This document shows, in pieces, positions 42,948-52,447 of a stretch of DNA of 64,000 nt. Location of the stretch: assembly GCA_003155135.1 (NCBI GenBank), contig PMFN01000015.1, positions 15,747-79,746 on the forward strand. Direction: 5' to 3'. Position numbers and translations under genes: made by a program. Origin of the DNA: Acidimicrobiaceae bacterium (GTDB taxonomy: Bacteria > Actinomycetota > Acidimicrobiia > Acidimicrobiales > RAAP-2). The notes beneath the pieces were generated by a model, which worked only from the letters and a program-made list of their open reading frames with translations, was not told the DNA's origin and ran no database searches. Position 1 is the stretch's first letter, and every line of letters begins with the position of its first letter.

Positions 42948-45900
42948 GCGGGCACCTCGGCGCTCCGACGGCCCGCGAGCAGGTCGCTTACCTCGACGAC
43001 GGCGGCCGGCGGGATCGCCCAGTCGAACACGCCGTTCACGTGCCCGCCGACGACCGGCACGGTTGGTCCCGTCATGCCGCGCAGGAACAGATAGGCCGCA
43101 CCGCCGAGGTGCACAGAGGGCTCGTAGTCCGCCAGGCGCCAGCGCAGGTACCGGTGCAGGGCGACCGAGTACAAGAGTGCCTGCAGCGGGTAGTCGTGCT
43201 CCCTCATGGCCGATGCCATGGACGAGCGGTCATAGTCGCGCTCGCTCGCGGCCGCCCCCCAGGGGGTGAGCTGGTTCGTCTTGTAGTCGATCACCACGAA
43301 GCGCGCTGCACCGTCGGCGTCGCGCACTCGGACAATGAGGTCGATCGAACCGGTGAGGTGACCCCGCAGCGAGGACTGCGAGCCAGCGGCGCCGAGCCGG
43401 CTCGCCCACGCCGCCATCGGGTCGTCGTCGGGCAGGTGGGCCCGTAGCGCCGCTCCCATCTGGCGGAGCGTCGTGGCCTCAGGACCTCCGAGGGGCAGGT
43501 CGAAGCCCATCTCGTCGACGCGGTCGACTCGGGCGATCTGTGCCAGGCAGCGACCGTGGAACGGCGCGCCCAGCGCTGTCGTGAGGACGGCCGAGAGGCC
43601 CTCGACCAACAGGGGGGTGCCGTCACCGCCCTCGTTGTCGAGAAGCGGGAACGGGCGGCGGGCGAGCTGGGCGCCAAGCGACGAGCGGATCTCCCCTTCG
43701 AGGTCGACCGCAGCGAAGTCGATGCCCTCGAGCACGGCGTGCACGAGTGTGCCGAATGCGGTCCCTGCTGCCAGGTGCGAGAGTGCTCCCCCGCCCCGGC
43801 CGGCGCCATTCCCTCCTTCGGCACCCATGGTGTCGGTGGGCCCCTCATCGGCCGCGCCACCGTCGGCCGCGCTCTCGTCCATCGGCTCAGCCGCCGGCGC
43901 CTCGGGCCCGTGGCTCAGGGCGGTGAACGACCACCGACTCGACGAGCGGTCGAGACGGACGTCGAACGACGCGGTGCTGAGCTCGGGACGCGCACGGCCC
44001 CCGAGCGAGTCGTGCCAGGTCATCGGTGGCACGTGGCCGTGGCTCGACACTGCCAAGAGACCGTCGGCCGACTCGATCAGCGGTGCGAGCGAAACCAGCA
44101 GCTGGTCGTCGGCGGGAGGGCTCACCGTCGTCGCACCGTAGAGGTCAGGGTCGATGGTGCCGTCGGGGCGCCGGGCATAGAGGAGGCGGGTAAGCGGCGA
44201 GCTGTCTCCACTTGCCGCTTTCGCCCACCACATGACGGTGGCGTGCCGCGCGCGGGTCAGTGCCACGTACGCGAGCCGCAGGTACTCACCGGCCGCGTCG
44301 CTCGACGCCGCGTCCTTGCGACGCTTGGCAGTCGCGGCGTCGGGCCAGGCCGATCCGTTGGCAACGTCGAAGGTCCGACGCCCTCCCTCGGTGAAGATGA
44401 CCGGTGGTGCCTGCGGCTGGCGCCAGAGCGTGGGGCAGCAGACGACCGGGAACTCGAGCCCCTTCGCTACCCATGCCGTCATGATCTGGACGGATTCGGA
44501 CTCGGTCTCGATGCGCCGGTCCCGCACGCTTCCCTCGATGTCGGGCTCGGCCTCGGGGTCCGCAGGCGCGTCGAGTACGGCGAGCAGGGACGCGATGCTG
44601 GCCCGACCATTCGGGGCGCCGGCACGGAGCAGGTCGCCCACATGGCCGAGGTCGGTGGCGGCACGGTCGCCGTCGGGGAGCCCAAGGACCCTGGCGACCG
44701 CCCCGCTGTCGGCCAGCACTTGAGCCAAGAGGGCATCGACGCCGTCATTGGCGAGGACCTCCAACCACTCGCCGAGTCGCCGTTGGACCTCGATGAGGTC
44801 ATCGTCTGCCGCCGCAGCGAGCTGGGCAGCGCCCCATCCCCCGAACCATGAGATCGCCATGGTGCGCGCCCGGCGGGGGTCGGTGGGACGCAGCAGCGCC
44901 TCGAGGAGCCACCGCCAGTGCATCGCAGCTTCGGACTCGAGGACGCTTGTCCCGCGCACCAGCACCGCCGGCACGCCGGCACGGCGCAGGGCGGCTTGGA
45001 ACTGCGCGGCCTCGTCGTTCCGGCGCACCAGCACCGCGATGTCCGAGGGCCGAAGCGCCCGGGTCCCCCCGGCCGGCTGTAGCGGGTCCGGCATGCAGGC
45101 ACCGTCGAGCAGGGCGATGACGTGGGCGACCAGGTCCTCGGCGATGGCACGGACTGCGTCGTCGACGATGACCCCGTTGGCGTGCTTGCGCGCGATGTCG
45201 GGCCCCGTCGCCATATGCAGCGTCAGCGGGGGCCACGGCGCCCCGTCCGTTCGGAGCAGGGACCGGTGCTCGAGATCGGGCGCGGGCATGACCGGAGCGA
45301 AGCGGATCGCATCGGTGCCGAACGTGGCGTCGGCGAAGAGCACCTCCAGGGCGCGCAGCAGGCCCCCGTCGGAACGCCGGTTGACCTCGAGTGACCGTCG
45401 GTCGGTGGCCGGGTCGGCGAGCGCGGCCACGTAGGTGGCCACGTTGGCGCCTCGGAAGGAGTAGATGGCCTGTTTGGGGTCGCCCACCAGCACCAGGGCG
45501 GTCGTCGATGCCGGGTCACCGAAGGCCGCCTCGAAGATGGACCACTGGACCGGGTCGGTGTCTTGGAACTCGTCGATGAGGGCCACGCCGAATCGGCTGC
45601 GCAGGCCAGCGAGCACCGCCCGGCCGCCCGGTCCTTCGATGGCGCGTCGCAGCTCGGTCAACACGTCGTCGAAACTGAGCGTGCCGGCCTCCCGGCGCCG
45701 CGATTGCAGCGTGGCGAGCGAGCGCCCCACCAACGAGCTCAGCACCTGCGCCTCGAGCGGCGCGCCCTCTTCCCCCCACCGCGGGGCGAGGGAGAGGTCC
45801 GGGATCGACTTCGCCGTCGACGTGGCCTTCACCAGGTTCGAGTAGGTCGGCAGGGCGCCAACGAATTGTGGCTGGGTCGATGCCCAGGCGAGGACGTCGG

Positions 45901-46366
45901 AGCAGGCCGCGGCGACCTCGCTCTGGCCCGCGTCCACCAGGGTGGCGTCGGGGTCGGTCGCGCTGTTGGCGCCCAGCGTGCCGAGCACCTGGGTGGCGAA
46001 ACCGTGGATGGTGGTGATGGTCGCCGAGTCGAACTCGGTGACCGCCCGCGCCAACCGATCGGCGCGCAGTCCCCGGTCGCTCGATGCGAGGTGGGCGAGG
46101 ACGGGGTCAGCGAACGTCGCTATCTCCCCCTCGAGGAGCACACCCGCCGCCTCGGTCAGACGGGAGCGGACCCGGTCGCGCAGCTCCGCGGCGGCCGCCC
46201 GCGTGAAGGTGACCATGAGCAGCTCGCTCGCCCGGATCCCGCGCTCGGCCACGAACCGCGTGGCCAGCGCCGCCAGCGTGTAGGTCTTGCCGGTCCCCGC
46301 ACTGGCTTCGATGGCCATCCTGCCTGCCGGCAGCGGCGCCGCCGGATCGAACGGCTCGGGCCTCAT
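42944..46366 (-). CDS. recB: exodeoxyribonuclease V subunit beta (UvrD-like helicase-nuclease)
   Basis: Starts at ATG 46366 (MRPEPFDP). Contains IEASAGTGKTYT, ALIDEFQDTD and the C-terminal nuclease region GSIDLIVR..VIDYKTN. The ATG overlaps the recC stop (ATGA at 46363-46366). Confidence 0.9.
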   Translation of the reverse strand: MRPEPFDPAAPLPAGRMAIEASAGTGKTYTLAALATRFVAERGIRASELLMVTFTRAAAAELRDRVRSRLTEAAGVLLEGEIATFADPVLAHLASSDRGLRADRLARAVTEFDSATITTIHGFATQVLGTLGANSATDPDATLVDAGQSEVAAACSDVLAWASTQPQFVGALPTYSNLVKATSTAKSIPDLSLAPRWGEEGAPLEAQVLSSLVGRSLATLQSRRREAGTLSFDDVLTELRRAIEGPGGRAVLAGLRSRFGVALIDEFQDTDPVQWSIFEAAFGDPASTTALVLVGDPKQAIYSFRGANVATYVAALADPATDRRSLEVNRRSDGGLLRALEVLFADATFGTDAIRFAPVMPAPDLEHRSLLRTDGAPWPPLTLHMATGPDIARKHANGVIVDDAVRAIAEDLVAHVIALLDGACMPDPLQPAGGTRALRPSDIAVLVRRNDEAAQFQAALRRAGVPAVLVRGTSVLESEAAMHWRWLLEALLRPTDPRRARTMAISWFGGWGAAQLAAAADDDLIEVQRRLGEWLEVLANDGVDALLAQVLADSGAVARVLGLPDGDRAATDLGHVGDLLRAGAPNGRASIASLLAVLDAPADPEAEPDIEGSVRDRRIETESESVQIMTAWVAKGLEFPVVCCPTLWRQPQAPPVIFTEGGRRTFDVANGSAWPDAATAKRRKDAASSDAAGEYLRLAYVALTRARHATVMWWAKAASGDSSPLTRLLYARRPDGTIDPDLYGATTVSPPADDQLLVSLAPLIESADGLLAVSSHGHVPPMTWHDSLGGRARPELSTASFDVRLDRSSSRWSFTALSHGPEAPAAEPMDESAADGGAADEGPTDTMGAEGGNGAGRGGGALSHLAAGTAFGTLVHAVLEGIDFAAVDLEGEIRSSLGAQLARRPFPLLDNEGGDGTPLLVEGLSAVLTTALGAPFHGRCLAQIARVDRVDEMGFDLPLGGPEATTLRQMGAALRAHLPDDDPMAAWASRLGAAGSQSSLRGHLTGSIDLIVRVRDADGAARFVVIDYKTNQLTPWGAAASERDYDRSSMASAMREHDYPLQALLYSVALHRYLRWRLADYEPSVHLGGAAYLFLRGMTGPTVPVVGGHVNGVFDWAIPPAAVVEVSDLLAGRRSAEVPA

Positions 46367-49300
46367 GGCGTGCCTCCCGGCGGTGGGAGCTCTTGGGTCG
46401 TCTGCTCCATCGTGGCGTAGAGGTAGTGGGCGAATCGCCGCACCCTGCCCCCCCGGCCTGGTGGGTCGCCAGGTTGCGCCGGCGTGTCGAGGAGCTCCTG
46501 GGCGGCGACCCTGCCGAAGGCGAGTGCACTTGCCGGGTTGCTGCGCTCCCCCGGCCGGAAGTCCGTGCCCTCCCACGCCTTCACGGCCTCGTTCTCGGCG
46601 CCGCGGAACAGCTCGTAGCTGAGCCCCGGGAAGAAGGGAATGGGCTCGCGCGAGCCGCGACGGAAGCAGTCGACGATGACCGTCAGTGCATCGAGGGCGA
46701 GCTGGTGCGGATCGCCTGGCGCGACGGCGAGGTTGACCACCTTGGGCGCGTCGCCGCTGACCGCCCTGCTCGCCACCACCGAGTGCCACTCGGTGGCAGG
46801 GAAGGTGGCGGTGAGTGCCACGAGGTCCAGCCAAGCCGCCAGCTTCTGGTGGTGCTTGTAACGGACGTAGCGAACCCGTGCCGGCCCCCGGACAGCCCCG
46901 GCCAGCCCGCACACCACATCGCCCACCAGGCGGGTCCCATCGGGGAGGACAACGTCGACCGCTTCTACGTCGATCGCCTGGCGCTGCACGCCGGCGGCCT
47001 CGGCACCTCGGCGGAGCGCCTCGACCGTCGGTACGAGCGCAACGAGCACGGCGTCACCCAACGGCCCCGTCGGCAACAAGCCCAGCCCACGCTCGAACCT
47101 CGTGCATGCTTCGAGGTCCGCGCCGTCGAGCACCGCCTGGAGCAGCCGGTCCCCGACCTCGTAGCGGCCGAGCCCGTCCAGCTCCACGGGGAGGAGCCCT
47201 GAGGGGTCGTCCTCGTCGCGGGGGAACCGCAGGCCGAGGCGCTCGCCCATGAAGTACTCGACCGGGTGCTTCAAGAAGCGGTGCAGCTCCACGAGGTCCA
47301 CGAGGTCGGCCCCGGGGTCGGCGAGACGAGCGCCGAGGAACGGGGCCGGCTCCGTCAGCCGGGTGCGGCGGGCCTCGGCGTTGGCCAACTCGGCCGGGTC
47401 GAAGCTCCACGCATCCCGAGCGAGCAGGCCGCCGCGTTCGAAGCACCGCTCGTCGTAGGGCTGGCGGGGGTGGTGCACCTCGAGCCGCCCGGCGAGTGAC
47501 GCCCCGCTTCCCGGCTCGACCGTTGCCAGCAGGGCGTCGCGCAGTTCAGCGACCACCACGGCCGGTGGGATCTCCTGATTGGTCCGCACACTGTGGCCGT
47601 CTCGGATGAGGACGAGGTGATCCGACGGTGCGAGGACGGCCTCGAGGAGCTGTTGGCGCACCTCGGCGCGGGGGTCCCGGTCGCCGACGACCGGCCGCTC
47701 GGCGACGAGGTCGTCGCCGTCGACGTTGGCGGCGCCGAACGCCGCCTGGTCCATCCCGAGCAGGCACACCACCCTGAAGGGGACCCAGCGAAGTGACGAA
47801 AGCGAGGTGACGGTGATGCCGCCCCGGAAGAAGTCGGGGCGTCCCGCCTCGGCGGCGAGTCGCTCCGAGAACACGGCGCGCACGTCGCCGTAAGAGATGC
47901 CCGTCTCGCCGGACCCCACGGACTCTCTCGCCGACTCGATGAGCTTCGCGAGCAACGAGTCGAGGGCGTCGAGTTGCCATTGCGCGTCCGGTGGCGGGCA
48001 GAAGAGCCGAACCGCAGCCTGGCGGAAGAGGTCGACCCAGTGGCGGATCGGCCGTTCGGTCGTCGTCTCGCCGGCCAGTTCCGCCAGGTTCCAGAGGATC
48101 TCGGCGAGGTTGCCGAGGGTCTCGGCATCGTCGCCCTCCACCCCGTAGGGCACGGTGTCACCGAGGCCGATGCGCAGGTCGCCGTCCTGCGTGGCCACGC
48201 CGAGCAGGAGGCGATCGGCTCCTGCTCGCCACGTGTTCGCGTCGCCGACGGCGATGCCGTGCGCGGCCCGGTGGCCGTCGTCGAGCCCCCACCGCACGTT
48301 GGTCTCGACCACCCACGACTCAATGGCAGCCACCGCCACGTCGGTCAGCCCGAAGCGTTGGCGCACGGGCGCAAGCGAGAGGAAGTCGAGGACCGCCGGC
48401 GCTTCGAAGCGGCCACCGATGAGGTCGACCAGCACCGCCATGGCGTTGAGCACAGCGTTCCCCGACCGCAGCGATCGGTCCGCGATGCGGTAGCGAAGGC
48501 GCGGTGCTGCAGTGGTCGCCACCGGTGCGGCGGCGGCGTCGGCCGAGGGCCCGAAGATCCCCTCCACCAGTGGGGCGAAGCGCTCGAGCGACGGGCAGAG
48601 GACGACGATGTCCTCCTCCCGCAGCCCGAGGCTCGGGTCGGCCAAGAGGTGCAGCAGCGCGTCGCGCAGCACCTCGACCTGGCGACGCTCCCCGTGGCAC
48701 GCGTGGAACTGGACGGTGCGATCGTCGGGGTCGGGCACAAACGATGCGCCCGGTCGGCGGTTCGCCCGCAGATCCGCCTGCAGCTGTCCGAGGAGTGTGG
48801 ACGCAGGACCCTCCACCGGCGCGGGCACCGGCTGGGGGGCGGGCAAAGACGTCGACGCAGCCAGCAGCACCGACGTCTCACGCAGCAGCGCACCCCACGA
48901 GGCGAGCAACGGGTGACAGTCGAGGGCCAGGCTCGGATCGTCGGACCGGGGCCACGGTCCGATCCGCCGGGACCGGTCGAGCACGCTGCGCAGCGTCGCT
49001 TCGTCGTAATGGCTCGGTTGGAGCATGTAGAGGTGCAGCTCGTGGGAGGCGGCAACCCCCGAGGCGAGATCGAGGAAGTCCGCTCCGCCGGGCAGGACGG
49101 CCAACCCGAACAGGTTGAGGCGATCGGGAAGCCCGAGCTCGAGCGAGCCGTCGGCCAGGCGAGCGAGGAGCTCCTCGGTGCGCTCGGGTGGGCTCGGGAG
49201 TGCGATCGCCCGGCGGACGAGCCGCCAGAGGTGCGGCTGCCAGGCCTGGTGCCCCCCGAGCGGCTGCCCGAGGCCGTCGATGTCGAGCCCGGCGCGCCAT

Positions 49301-49749
49301 GCCCGGACCATGGCCGGCCGGTGTCGGTGGTAGCGGTCGAACAGGTCGGCCACGCGGCGCGCCCGGGCGTAACGCGAGGGTCCGAGATCCGGTTGTGAGA
49401 AGGCGGTGAGGCGGTCGCCGCCGGCCGCGCCGGCGGCCACGGCGAGCACCGTCCAGACGAGGCGCTCGACCTCCCAGGGGTCGCCATCCCTACCGCGCCC
49501 CGCCTCGAGTACGCGGTCACGCAAGGTGTCAGGGAATGCACGCGTGACATTGGCCGACACGCCGTCGCTTTGCCCAGGAGCGGCGACCCCCAGGCGACGG
49601 CCCAGCTCCAGCGAGAGCCAGCGGTGGACCCCGAGCGACGGCGCGGCGATCCATTCGGGGGTCATCGGGTCGCTCGGGGCGTTCGCCAGGACGTCGGCGA
49701 GGGCGCCGGCCAGGACATCGGCTCTCCCGGCGGTGTGCAGGTGCAACAT
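46363..49749 (-). CDS. recC: exodeoxyribonuclease V subunit gamma
   Basis: About 1130 aa, immediately upstream of recB-recD. MLHLHTAGRADVLAGALADVL resembles the RecC N-terminus, so I place the start at ATG 49749. The ORF also opens at 49767. Confidence 0.88.
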   Translation of the reverse strand: MLHLHTAGRADVLAGALADVLANAPSDPMTPEWIAAPSLGVHRWLSLELGRRLGVAAPGQSDGVSANVTRAFPDTLRDRVLEAGRGRDGDPWEVERLVWTVLAVAAGAAGGDRLTAFSQPDLGPSRYARARRVADLFDRYHRHRPAMVRAWRAGLDIDGLGQPLGGHQAWQPHLWRLVRRAIALPSPPERTEELLARLADGSLELGLPDRLNLFGLAVLPGGADFLDLASGVAASHELHLYMLQPSHYDEATLRSVLDRSRRIGPWPRSDDPSLALDCHPLLASWGALLRETSVLLAASTSLPAPQPVPAPVEGPASTLLGQLQADLRANRRPGASFVPDPDDRTVQFHACHGERRQVEVLRDALLHLLADPSLGLREEDIVVLCPSLERFAPLVEGIFGPSADAAAAPVATTAAPRLRYRIADRSLRSGNAVLNAMAVLVDLIGGRFEAPAVLDFLSLAPVRQRFGLTDVAVAAIESWVVETNVRWGLDDGHRAAHGIAVGDANTWRAGADRLLLGVATQDGDLRIGLGDTVPYGVEGDDAETLGNLAEILWNLAELAGETTTERPIRHWVDLFRQAAVRLFCPPPDAQWQLDALDSLLAKLIESARESVGSGETGISYGDVRAVFSERLAAEAGRPDFFRGGITVTSLSSLRWVPFRVVCLLGMDQAAFGAANVDGDDLVAERPVVGDRDPRAEVRQQLLEAVLAPSDHLVLIRDGHSVRTNQEIPPAVVVAELRDALLATVEPGSGASLAGRLEVHHPRQPYDERCFERGGLLARDAWSFDPAELANAEARRTRLTEPAPFLGARLADPGADLVDLVELHRFLKHPVEYFMGERLGLRFPRDEDDPSGLLPVELDGLGRYEVGDRLLQAVLDGADLEACTRFERGLGLLPTGPLGDAVLVALVPTVEALRRGAEAAGVQRQAIDVEAVDVVLPDGTRLVGDVVCGLAGAVRGPARVRYVRYKHHQKLAAWLDLVALTATFPATEWHSVVASRAVSGDAPKVVNLAVAPGDPHQLALDALTVIVDCFRRGSREPIPFFPGLSYELFRGAENEAVKAWEGTDFRPGERSNPASALAFGRVAAQELLDTPAQPGDPPGRGGRVRRFAHYLYATMEQTTQELPPPGGTP

Positions 49750-49806
49750 CTGGGCGAACAGTAGCAACGGGGTGTTCGCCGCCCGGGATGGGTGCGCGCG
49801 CCCCGT

Positions 49807-50598
49807 CTACGTACGCACCGCCCTCCAGCACCGGGCGCGCATCGGGAGCTCGCGGACCCCGTCGTCGGCCCCTTGCATGATCGAGTCGATGGCGCCCTCC
49901 ACCCGGGAACGCGCCGCGCGCTGCTCCGCCGGGGTGCGAATGAGGACCGAGCTGTAGGTGCCCGCCAGACCGAGCAGCTCAGGACCGGTGCGCGGCAGCG
50001 TCCACTGCAAAGAGGCGAGCTCGGGGCGCTCGAACGGCGCCCCCGGTGGCAGGTCGACCGTGCGGCGGTGGTGCCGAACGGGAGTACCGGCGGGCGCCGC
50101 GAGAACCTCGCCCACCCAGTCGACCGAACGGTCGGCCCCGCTCCACAGCACGCCGAAGACACCCCCGGGCCGCAGCACCCTGGCGATCTCCATCGAAGCG
50201 GCGGCAGGCTCCATCCAGTGCCACGCGGAGGACACGACGACCACGTCGAACTGGCCGCTCGCAAGGGGCAGGTGCTCGGCGGCCCCGACCACCGCCCCGG
50301 CGGCCGGTGAGCGCCGGTGCAGGACCGCCAGCATTCGGGCGTCGGGCTCGACGGCCACCACCCGCCCAGCCCGCTCGGCGAGGCGCCGGCTCATCGCGCC
50401 GGTCCCTGCGCCGACATCGAGTGCCGCACCGCAGTGCTCCCCCACGAGCCAGTCGAGAGCCTCGTCCGGCGGGCCGGGCCGGAATCGGTCGTAACGATCT
50501 GCCTCGCTGCCGAACGAGCGGGCGGCGCCTGGGCTCAAGGAGTCGGCCACATGCCGAGCGTAGCGAGCGGTGGTTGACCGGCGGCCCGGCGCGGGCAT
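49807..50598 (-). CDS. class I SAM-dependent methyltransferase
   Basis: Contains motif I ALDVGAGTGAMS and VVSSAWHWM..RVLRPGGVFGVLW, typical of the Methyltransf_11 type. Confidence 0.85.
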   Translation of the reverse strand: MPAPGRRSTTARYARHVADSLSPGAARSFGSEADRYDRFRPGPPDEALDWLVGEHCGAALDVGAGTGAMSRRLAERAGRVVAVEPDARMLAVLHRRSPAAGAVVGAAEHLPLASGQFDVVVVSSAWHWMEPAAASMEIARVLRPGGVFGVLWSGADRSVDWVGEVLAAPAGTPVRHHRRTVDLPPGAPFERPELASLQWTLPRTGPELLGLAGTYSSVLIRTPAEQRAARSRVEGAIDSIMQGADDGVRELPMRARCWRAVRT

Positions 50599-50634
50599 GG
50601 CAGTGTTAGGACCAGGCCATTTCGAGGAGGACCC

Positions 50635-50973
50635 ATGGATGAAGCGACCGCACGCAAGCTCGTCGAGGCTGAACGCGGCCGGGTGAAGCAGTTGCTGCGC
50701 GACGTCAACGAGTCCGGCCGCGAGGACCGCGAATGGGCGCGCCAGCCCGGCGACGCCGCCGACCCGGCGCAGCCTCTCACCTTCGAAGAGGAGTCCGACG
50801 CCGTGGCCGAGTCGCTCCGCCAGCGCCTCGCCGCCCTCGACCGGGCCATGGAGCGGATCGAGGAGGGCACCTATGGGCGCTCGGTGCGCAGCGGGGCGCC
50901 CATCCCCGACGCTCGGCTCGAGGCGGACCCCGCTGCCGACCTCACCATCGATGAGGCGAGCGAGGCGCTCTGA
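50635..50973 (+). CDS. DksA/TraR-like protein lacking the zinc-finger cysteines
   Basis: ATG preceded by GAGGAGG. A coiled-coil-like N-terminus is followed by LAALDRAMERIEEGTYGRSVRSGAPIPDARLEADPAADLTIDEA. This aligns by eye with the L..AL.RI..GTYG.C..CG..I...RL.A.P....C..C signature, but all four Cys positions are substituted. Confidence 0.6.
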   Translation: MDEATARKLVEAERGRVKQLLRDVNESGREDREWARQPGDAADPAQPLTFEEESDAVAESLRQRLAALDRAMERIEEGTYGRSVRSGAPIPDARLEADPAADLTIDEASEAL

Positions 50974-50983
50974 ACGGGTTGGC

Positions 50984-51685
50984 TCAGTTGCGCGAGAAGA
51001 TCTGAAGGAAGAACAAGAAGACGTTGAGCAGGTCGAGGAAGATCGACGCCGCCATGAGGGGTGCTGACGCGATGTTCTTCGAGCGCCGCAGACGCTGGAA
51101 GTCGAACATGATCAGCCCGGCGAAGATCACAAGACCGAGAACCGAGTAGATCAGGTCGCCGTTCGGTATGTGCACGAAGATGAGCACGATCCCGAAGATG
51201 ATGAGTCCGAAGAGCGCGAAGAACGACGCCCTCCCGAGCCACGAGAGGTCGCGTCGGGTGGCGTAGCCGATCGCCCCGAAGCCCGCCACGAAGAGCGCGC
51301 TCGCTCCGCCGGCCTGCCACAGGGCCTGGGGGTCCACGCTCGCGTAGTACGCGAGCGTGGGGGCGATGGCGAGACCGAGCAGCAGTCCGAATGCGAGCAG
51401 CAGCGCGACGGTGAGCGAGTTGCTCTTGCGAGCGGCGAAGTTCATGGCGACCAGGCACACGAACGCGGCGATGAACCACACCCACCCCAACTTGTAGGAG
51501 AGGTCACGGCCGAGATAGGCACCGAGGGCGAACAGGCCGGCGGTGAGGGCCACGTAGCCCATGGTCTGCGCGAAGAGCGTGTGCGCACGGTCCCGAGGCA
51601 TCGCACCCGGCACCGCGCGATAGCTCATGGCATTGCTCACGCTGCTCTCTCCTCTGTCCGTGCGGCTCTCGGTGTCCGGCGCCAT
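50984..51685 (-). CDS. Bax inhibitor-1/YccA family membrane protein
   Basis: Seven hydrophobic spans and a typical C-terminus (MFDFQRLRR...ASIFLDLLNVFLFFLQIF). The start is ATG 51685 or ATG 51628. Confidence 0.88.
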   Translation of the reverse strand: MAPDTESRTDRGESSVSNAMSYRAVPGAMPRDRAHTLFAQTMGYVALTAGLFALGAYLGRDLSYKLGWVWFIAAFVCLVAMNFAARKSNSLTVALLLAFGLLLGLAIAPTLAYYASVDPQALWQAGGASALFVAGFGAIGYATRRDLSWLGRASFFALFGLIIFGIVLIFVHIPNGDLIYSVLGLVIFAGLIMFDFQRLRRSKNIASAPLMAASIFLDLLNVFLFFLQIFSRN

Positions 51686-51751
51686 TCAACACGAGGAACG
51701 GTTGGCATCGTGCGGCCGTGCCGTTCCCGCATGCCGACGTAGGGTTGCCAT

Positions 51752-52438
51752 ATGGACACCGCAGCTGTCTATTCCGGGTCCCGGCAGCGCCTGCTGGAGC
51801 TCTGTTTCGAGCTCACGGCTGAGGATGCGGCCGCCGTCGTGGCCCCGACCCCGGCGTGGCGCGTGCGCGACATCTACGCCCACCTGGCCGGCGTCTGCGC
51901 CGACACCCTCGACGGTCGCATGGACGGGGCGGGCTCGCCGGAGTGGACCGCAGCCCAGGTTGAGTCCCGGCGCCCGGCGGGGATCGAGGGTGCCGCCCAG
52001 GAGTGGGAGGCACGCGCACCCGAGCTTGACGCACTGCTGCGATCGGCAGACCCTGGCGCCATGACCTTCGTGGCCTTCGACACATGGACCCATGAGCAGG
52101 ACGTCCGCGCGGCGCTCGGCTGGGGCCGGCTGGACGATGGGTTCGTGCCGGAGCTGGCCGAGTCGGCCCTCGACGTCTTCGACGGGAGATTCCGCGCGGC
52201 CGGCACACCCGCGCTGCTGGTGGTGACCGAACGCAGAGAGAGGGTGCTCGGCGACGGGGAACCGGACGCCACCTTGACGATGTCCTCCTACGAGTGGCTC
52301 CGCATGGTCTTCGGGCGCCGCAGCCTGCACCAGATCCACGCCGCGAACTGGGAATGCGAGGTAGGTGCCGGCGGCCCCGATGCCTTCATCGGCGAGCTGC
52401 ACCTCTTCGCGCTGCCGGCGAGCGACATCGACGACTGA
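51752..52438 (+). CDS. maleylpyruvate-isomerase-family mycothiol-dependent enzyme (DinB fold), second copy in the window
   Basis: Contains TPAWRVRDIYAHLAGV, and its C-terminus matches the actinobacterial TIGR03083-like family by eye. Confidence 0.78.
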   Translation: MDTAAVYSGSRQRLLELCFELTAEDAAAVVAPTPAWRVRDIYAHLAGVCADTLDGRMDGAGSPEWTAAQVESRRPAGIEGAAQEWEARAPELDALLRSADPGAMTFVAFDTWTHEQDVRAALGWGRLDDGFVPELAESALDVFDGRFRAAGTPALLVVTERRERVLGDGEPDATLTMSSYEWLRMVFGRRSLHQIHAANWECEVGAGGPDAFIGELHLFALPASDIDD

Positions 52439-52447
52439 CGGGCGGCT

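Noticed and set aside
41115-49767. recBCD cluster as something unusual
   Set aside because: It has the standard recC-recB-recD order with ATGA overlaps and all expected helicase and nuclease motifs. It is an ordinary DNA-repair locus.
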